Shown here piece by piece: positions 56,864 through 64,000 of a stretch of 64,000 bases of DNA. The notes below the pieces were generated by a model. That model ran no database searches and was not told the DNA's origin. It saw nothing but the letters and a program-made list of their open reading frames with translations. The first letter of the stretch is position 1, and every line of letters starts with the position of its first letter. The position numbers and the translations under genes were made by a program. Origin of the DNA: the human T2T-CHM13v2.0 reference genome, Homo sapiens; NCBI RefSeq assembly GCF_009914755.1, contig NC_060943.1; one strand, written 5' to 3'.

Positions 56864-57203
56864 CCCCACCCAAATCTCATCTCAAATTATAATTCCCACA
56901 TGTTGGGGGAGGGACCCTGTGGGAGGTGACTGGATCATGGGGGTGGTTCCACCATGCTGTTCTCATGATAGTATGTTCTCATGAGATCTGATGGTTTAAA
57001 AGTGTTTGGCAGTTCTCCACCCCCCTCTCTCTCTCCTACCACCATGTAAGACATGCCTTGCTTCCCCTTCACCATGTGCTATGACTATAAGTTTCCTGAG
57101 GCCTCCCCAGCAATGTGGAACTGTGAGTCAATTAAACCTCTTTCCTTTATAATTACTCAATCTCAAGTAGCTCTTTATAGCAGTGTGAAAATGGACTAAT
57201 ACA
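56864..57203. mobile_element. MSTA/THE1-type MaLR LTR
   Basis: ccccaccaaatctcatct...gaactgtgagtcaattaaacctctttcc...ggactaataca. Confidence 0.85.
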
Positions 57204-58846
57204 ATGTCTTGTGAAAACGTTCATTGATATTTTTAGTAAGATAAGCCTTGTGCCAGTATCAAAGCATTTTATATTTGATGGGATATGGTGTATGTATATA
57301 TACACATGCACATACACAAACCAGACACAAAGACTTATTTGAATTTAATGTTCACAAGAATTTCCTGAAAACAACTGTCAGGGCAAAGGCATTTTAATAA
57401 TGTTTTCATTTAATTTTTTTTTTTTTTTTGAGACAGCATTTTGCTCTTTCACCCAGGCCAGAGTGCAGTGGTGCGATCTTGGCTCACTGCAACCTCTGCC
57501 TTCTGGTTTCAAGCGATTCTCCTGCCTCATCTTCCTGAGTAGCTGGGATTACAGGTGCCTGCCACCACACCCGGCTAATTTTTGTATTTTTAGTAGAGAC
57601 GGGGTTTCACCATGTTGGCCAGGCTGGTCTCGAACTCCTGAACTCGTGATCTACCCGCCTTGGCCTCCCAAAGTGCTGGGATTACAAGTGTGAGCCACTG
57701 CAGCCGGCCCTAAATTTTTATAAATGGTATTGGGACTATTATATACACATGCATATACACACACACATATAAACAGCTCCCGAAAATATAAACAACTTTT
57801 GGTGAATTAGGAACAATGGAGAATACCTGAAATAGAGGAAGCACTGGTATTAGATCATCTAAGGGAACCAGAAAACAAAACACAAGAGTGTGCACTACTT
57901 TGAAAGGTGAATGTGACATAATAAGGGTGGCCTGGGCCTAGGGTTTGTCACAAGAAGCAAAAGTGGGGACAGTGAGATTGTCCTCACAACCAATAGTGAG
58001 ATTGGTTGCTTGGGGAAGTAAAGTGATTTAACCTGGCACATCACCTTCCCTTAACCCAGTTAGCAAGCCCTAGTCCCTGCTTCCAGGAGGAGGAGGTGAG
58101 GCCACTGACTGGTATTGTCCTAGGGGAAATAGGAGCATCCCTATGCCTGGGGCTAGCGGGCCAGGCATGCTGCAGCACAAAAAACCTGCCACTCCTCTGT
58201 CTCTAAAAACAAGTCAGAGTGCACATCAGAGCAGCACATCCTATTCCTGCACTGAAGCAGACTACATCCAAAGTACTCTCCACTGTGAAACTAAACACAT
58301 ATCAGAATTACCAAACATTTCCAAAAAAGCTGACTCCCATATAATAGAGAAACAATGCTGATCCAATGGGAAATACTATAAAGGCAGTAGTAGAATAAAT
58401 GAAACGGGAGTTTTGTTTAAGTACGAATATTAAGAGTAAGTAGGAATAGCATCCTCAAAATGATATGATGGGAAATAGCAAATCTCTATAACAAAATCAA
58501 CTAGAGATTACAAAAATTACTTAAATGTCCTTGTGGAAATAAAATCTTTAATAGAGGGACTTCCATTTCTGGGAAAATGGAAGAGATGTCCTTTTCCCTG
58601 TTCCTCCCACTAAGTACAACTGAAAACTCTGAACGTTATATATAAAACAAACACAAGATGACTCTGAAAGGTGGAGAGAAGAGAGCAGACTGGCTAGGGA
58701 CCACAGGACCCAAGAAATGACATAGTCGTGAAGTTCCATGGACTTTATTTATATCCCAGACTTGGAGCTAAAGAAGCTGGCAACCCTAAAATGCCAATAT
58801 TCAGAGATGGAAAAAAAAATTCTAAAGAAAAGCCTACTCTGTATAG

Positions 58847-59215
<369 letters not shown>

Positions 59216-59739
59216 TAACCCCTTACTTCAGCCAAATGCCACAGAAAAATCTGTGGCCCCACCACCACTCTTAACACCAAAGGCCAAGTGGAGAGTCTAG
59301 ACTTTTACCTTTATAGGCTGTAACAAGGTGTCCAAACTTCCTGACCAAGTAGTCTCAGAAAAAGCCCAGTGTGAAACCAGGGTCTTTCATTTTCATCAGG
59401 CAATAATGAGCCCCTCCTGTATGGTGTCAATGCCAACTAAATGGAGAACGTGGACTTTCATACCTAATGAAAATATTGTTCAGGAAAGAAGGAGAAATCA
59501 AGAACATTCTCAGGTGAAACAAAGCTAGGAGAATTTGTTGCCAGCAGACCTACCATAAAGGAAAGGCTAGCTGGGCGTGGGTTGGCTCATGCCTGTAATC
59601 CTAGCACTTTGGCAGGCTGAGGCAGGCCAATCACTTGTGGTCAGGGGTTCGAGACCAGCCTGGCCAACATGGCGAAATCCCCGTCTCTACTAAAAATACA
59701 AAAATTAGCTGGGCATGGTGGTACACACCTGTAGTCTCA

Positions 59740-59955
<216 letters not shown>

Positions 59956-60707
59956 TTAGGAAGGTAGAAGAAACACAGCAAAATTACGGGTAATTTCCTT
60001 ATCTTGAGTTTCCTCAATTATGTTTGACAACTGAAGCAAAAATTGTATCACTCTTAGGTGGTTTCCAATGTATATAAAAGAAATATTTAACTTGATTATA
60101 ATTTGGGATGGGTAAGGGAAGGGAAGGTTTCTACACCTAATTCAAACTGGAAAAATGTCAAACCAGTAGACTTTGTAAGTTATGTATATATAACGTAATG
60201 CCTAGCAAAAGTGTGCAATCTTTTGGCATCCCTGGGCCACATTGGAAGAACTGTCTTGGGCCACACATAAAATACACTAACAATAACGATAGCTGATGAG
60301 CTAAAAAAAAAAAAAAATCATAAAACAATCTCATAATGTTTTAAGAAAGTTCACAAATTTGTCTTGGGCCGCATTCAAAGCCTTGCTGGGCTGCATGAGG
60401 CCCACAGGCCGCAAGTCAGATAAACTTGGCTACAGCTACTGCTAAAAAAATTGATACAAGTGATCCACCCAAAAACACTATAAATAAGAAAATGGCAGAG
60501 GAGGAAACCAACAACTCATCCCTTCACAAAAGCAATGAATAAACAAATAAAAACTTACAGAATCAACTCTTGAAAAATTTAGAAACCAGAGTAATCTACT
60601 TTTTTTTTTGTTTGTTTTTTGAGACAGAGTCTTGCTCTGTTTCCCAGGCTGGAGTGCGGTGGTGCAATCTTGGCTCACTGAAACCTCCACCTCCCGGGTT
60701 CAAGTGA

Positions 60708-61182
<475 letters not shown>

Positions 61183-61198
61183 TAATCTATTTTTGAAG

Positions 61199-64000
61199 GG
61201 CTTCAAGGTGGCTGACTAGATCCATCTAGTACTAGCCTCTTCCACAGAAAGGAACCAAATTAGCATATAGATAATCACACTTTGAATAGATCATCTGAGG
61301 GAGAACACTGGAATGCCACAGAGAAGTGATGGGAAAAGTTGAAAGAAGGAGAGGCAGCCTGCTTGGCCAGGAGAGTCTGGGAGCCTGGAGAGGCTCCCTA
61401 ATGCAGGGAAACGGTTAAGTGAGAGACCCCCAGTGGTCCACATTCCCATCAATGGCTAATCTTCGCCAAGGGAGACCCCCTCTACCCTCATGAGCCCTGA
61501 GACTAACACAGGTAGCTGCCTGAAGACTGCACAAGGGCATTGCTCCAGAGAGGGAGTGCATTTTGGGTCCCACAAACCCTTGAGTCCTAAGCAGCTGCTG
61601 CATGGCACCATTTTGATAGCCCAATCCCCACCAGAATGCATCCTGCCCTGGGGCCCAACAGGCCCTGCATCTCCACATCCCTGGAACCCCATCACATTTG
61701 CCACCCATAGCTATCCCAGCAGGGATGAGGCAGGAGCCACTGGCAGTGACCCCACTTCCCACAAGCAGAGTGGTGGCTGCACATTTTCAGGAGCACTAAG
61801 GACAAATCCACTGCCTGCATTGGCCACCACTGTAGGCTTCTGCAGGACCAAGAGGTGAGCAAAACACATTTCCCCCAGCTCCCTATGGCTGCTACCATTT
61901 GAAAGCAACTGTGATGTCCCCAATAGCATGGTTGTAGCACAGCTGCTACTCCCCCTGCCCCTCCGTGCTTTCCATTGGTGGCCTGGGGATAACCCCATCC
62001 CTGCCTACCACAGTCAGCACCTGCAAGCACCACCAGATGGCTCAAGGACAGTCCCTGGCCTGAGAGTGCCATCCAGGGGTCTGGGGATCGCCCAGCCCAG
62101 TCCACAACCGTTGGCACCTGAGCACTCCTCCCAGGGTCTGAGGTCAGGCCTACACAACCTGCCACTACCACCACAGCTGGCAGCCACCTGCACACACCAC
62201 CTGCAGACCTGGGGACTTGTCTGCCCAGCCCATTGTAGCCACTGCCAACACCAGCATGGACTGCATAGGTTCCAGAAGGTTGTCCCACCACTGCTACTGG
62301 CATAGGCCACACAATTCAGCTGCACAGGGGGTTAGGGACCCACCTAACCACCCAGCCCATTGCTGCCACTCCTGGCACTCAAGCAAGCCACCTGAAGGCC
62401 CAAGAATTGGCCACAGTGGCTCATGCCTGTAATCCCAACACTTTGGAAGACCAAGGTTGTTGTGGGAAGTCAGGGACCCCAAACGGAGGGACCGGCTGAA
62501 GCCATGGCAGAAGAACGTGGATTGTGAAGATTTCATGGACATTTATTAGTTCCCCAAATTAATACTTTTATAATTTCTTATGCCTGTCTTTACTGCAGTC
62601 TCTAAACATAAATTGTAAAGATTTCATGGACACTTATCACTTCCCCAGTCAATACCCTTGTGATTTCCTATGCCTGTCTTTACTTTAATCTCTTAATCCT
62701 GTCAGCTGAGGAGGATGTATATCGCCTCAGAACCCTGTAATAATTGCATTAACTGCACAAATTGTACAGCATGTGTGTTTGAGCAATATGAAATGTGGGC
62801 ACCTTGAAAAAACAATAGGATAACAGCAATTGTTCAGGGAATAAGAGGGATAACCTTAAACTGTGACCACCAGTGAGCCGGGCAAAACAGAGCCATATTT
62901 CTCTTCTTTCAAAAGCAAATGGGAGAAATATCGCTGAATTATTTTTCTCAGCATGGAACATCCCTGAGAAAGAGAATGCACACCTGGGGGTGGGTCTCTG
63001 ACCTGGCCCCCCGGGCGTGGTCATCTCTTATGGTTGAGACTGCAGAGGTGAAATAGACTCCAGTCTCCCATAGTGCTCCCAGGCTTATGAGGAAGAGGAA
63101 ATTCCCACCTAATAATTTCTGGTCAGACCAGCTGATCTCAAAACCCTGTCTCCTGATAAGATGTTATCAATGACAGTGGTGCCTGAAACTTCATTAGCAA
63201 TTTTAATTTCACCTCGGTCCTGTGGTCCTGTGATCTTGCCCTGCCTCCACTTGCCTTGTGATATTCTATTACCTTGTAAAGTACTTGATGTCTGTGACCC
63301 ACACCTGTTCGCACACTCCCTCCCCTTTTGAAACTCCCTAATAAAAACTTGCTGGGTTTTGTGGCTTGTGGGGCATCATGGAACCTACCGACATGTGATG
63401 TCTCCCCCGGATGCCCAGCTTTAAAATTTCTCTCTTTTGTACTTTGTCCCTTTATTTCTCAAGCTGGCTGATACTTAAGGAAAATAGAAAAGAACCTACG
63501 TGAATATCGGGGCAGGTTCCCTGATAGAGGTGAGAGGAGCACTTGAGCCCGGGAGTTCAAGACCAGCATAGGCAACATGGCAAGACCCCATCTGTACAAA
63601 AATAATTTTTAATTAGCTGGGTGTGATGGCTCACGCCTGTAGTGATGGCTATTCAGGAGGCTGAGGTGAGAGGACTATTTGAGCCTGGGAGGTTGAGGCT
63701 GCAGTGAGCCATGATTGCACCACTATACCCCAGCTTGAGTCAGAGTGAGATCTTGTCTGAATAAAAAAAGAACCAATCTGCCTGGACCCCTCTAACACCA
63801 GTGCCAGCATATGCTACCGTGGGACCAAAAGACAGGCATGCTCAGCCCACTGCTGCCAACAATGGGGCCTGGAGACTGGTCCATGTGGCTGGCAACCCAG
63901 TCCCAAGTAAAACTTCACCACAGCCTACACTGACAACAGCACCCTGAGCCACTGAGGAAATCACAGAAACCACTGACACCGTTTGCAGTTGAAGCAATCA
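61199..64000 (+). mobile_element. Old L1 5' region, interrupted by an AluJ (62409-63770) that is itself split by a MER11 LTR
   Basis: caaggtggctgactagat L1 5' terminus; GC-rich UTR resumes after 63770; Alu halves at 62409-62457 and 63527-63770. Confidence 0.75.
62458..63526 (+). mobile_element. MER11 (MER11C-like, HERV-K11/HML-8) solo LTR, 1069 bp
   Basis: tgttgtgggaagtcagggacccc...ggggcaggttccctgata; internal direct repeat aagatttcatggaca; 5-bp TSD aaggt/gaggt. Confidence 0.9.

Overview
Primate (almost certainly human, chr19q13.12-type) KRAB zinc-finger cluster DNA. Two head-to-head genes share a CpG-island promoter at ~34.0-35.0 kb. ZNF571 lies on the minus strand (coding exons 26431-26439, 23733-23859, 4355-6048; 609 aa; KRAB-A only; 16 intact fingers plus 1 degenerate). 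ZNF540 lies on the plus strand (38212-38220, 39387-39513, 40771-40866, 51271-53021; 660 aa; KRAB-A+B; 17 fingers). The rest is mostly Alu, L1, L2, LTR and DNA-transposon relics. The standout, invisible to the ORF track, is a very old nuclear mitochondrial insertion (NUMT) at ~10.2-21.1 kb in the last ZNF571 intron. It runs collinearly ND4, tRNA-His/Ser/Leu, ND5, ND6, (gap), tRNA-Pro, control region, tRNA-Phe, 12S, tRNA-Val, 16S, (gap), COX1, (gap), COX2, (tRNA-Lys missing), ATP8, ATP6, implying an original insert of roughly 14 kb. It carries ancestral-eutherian rather than human states and has been invaded by Tigger-type DNA transposons, AluJ/S, L1 and an MST LTR. Also seen: several locally templated or inverted insertions, poly(A)-only insertions with target-site duplications, and a dead KRAB-B exon in ZNF571. 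I see no convincing new functional system; the best novelty is this mitochondrial fossil and its rearrangement scars. Repeat subfamily names and mtDNA comparisons are from memory, not from searches.
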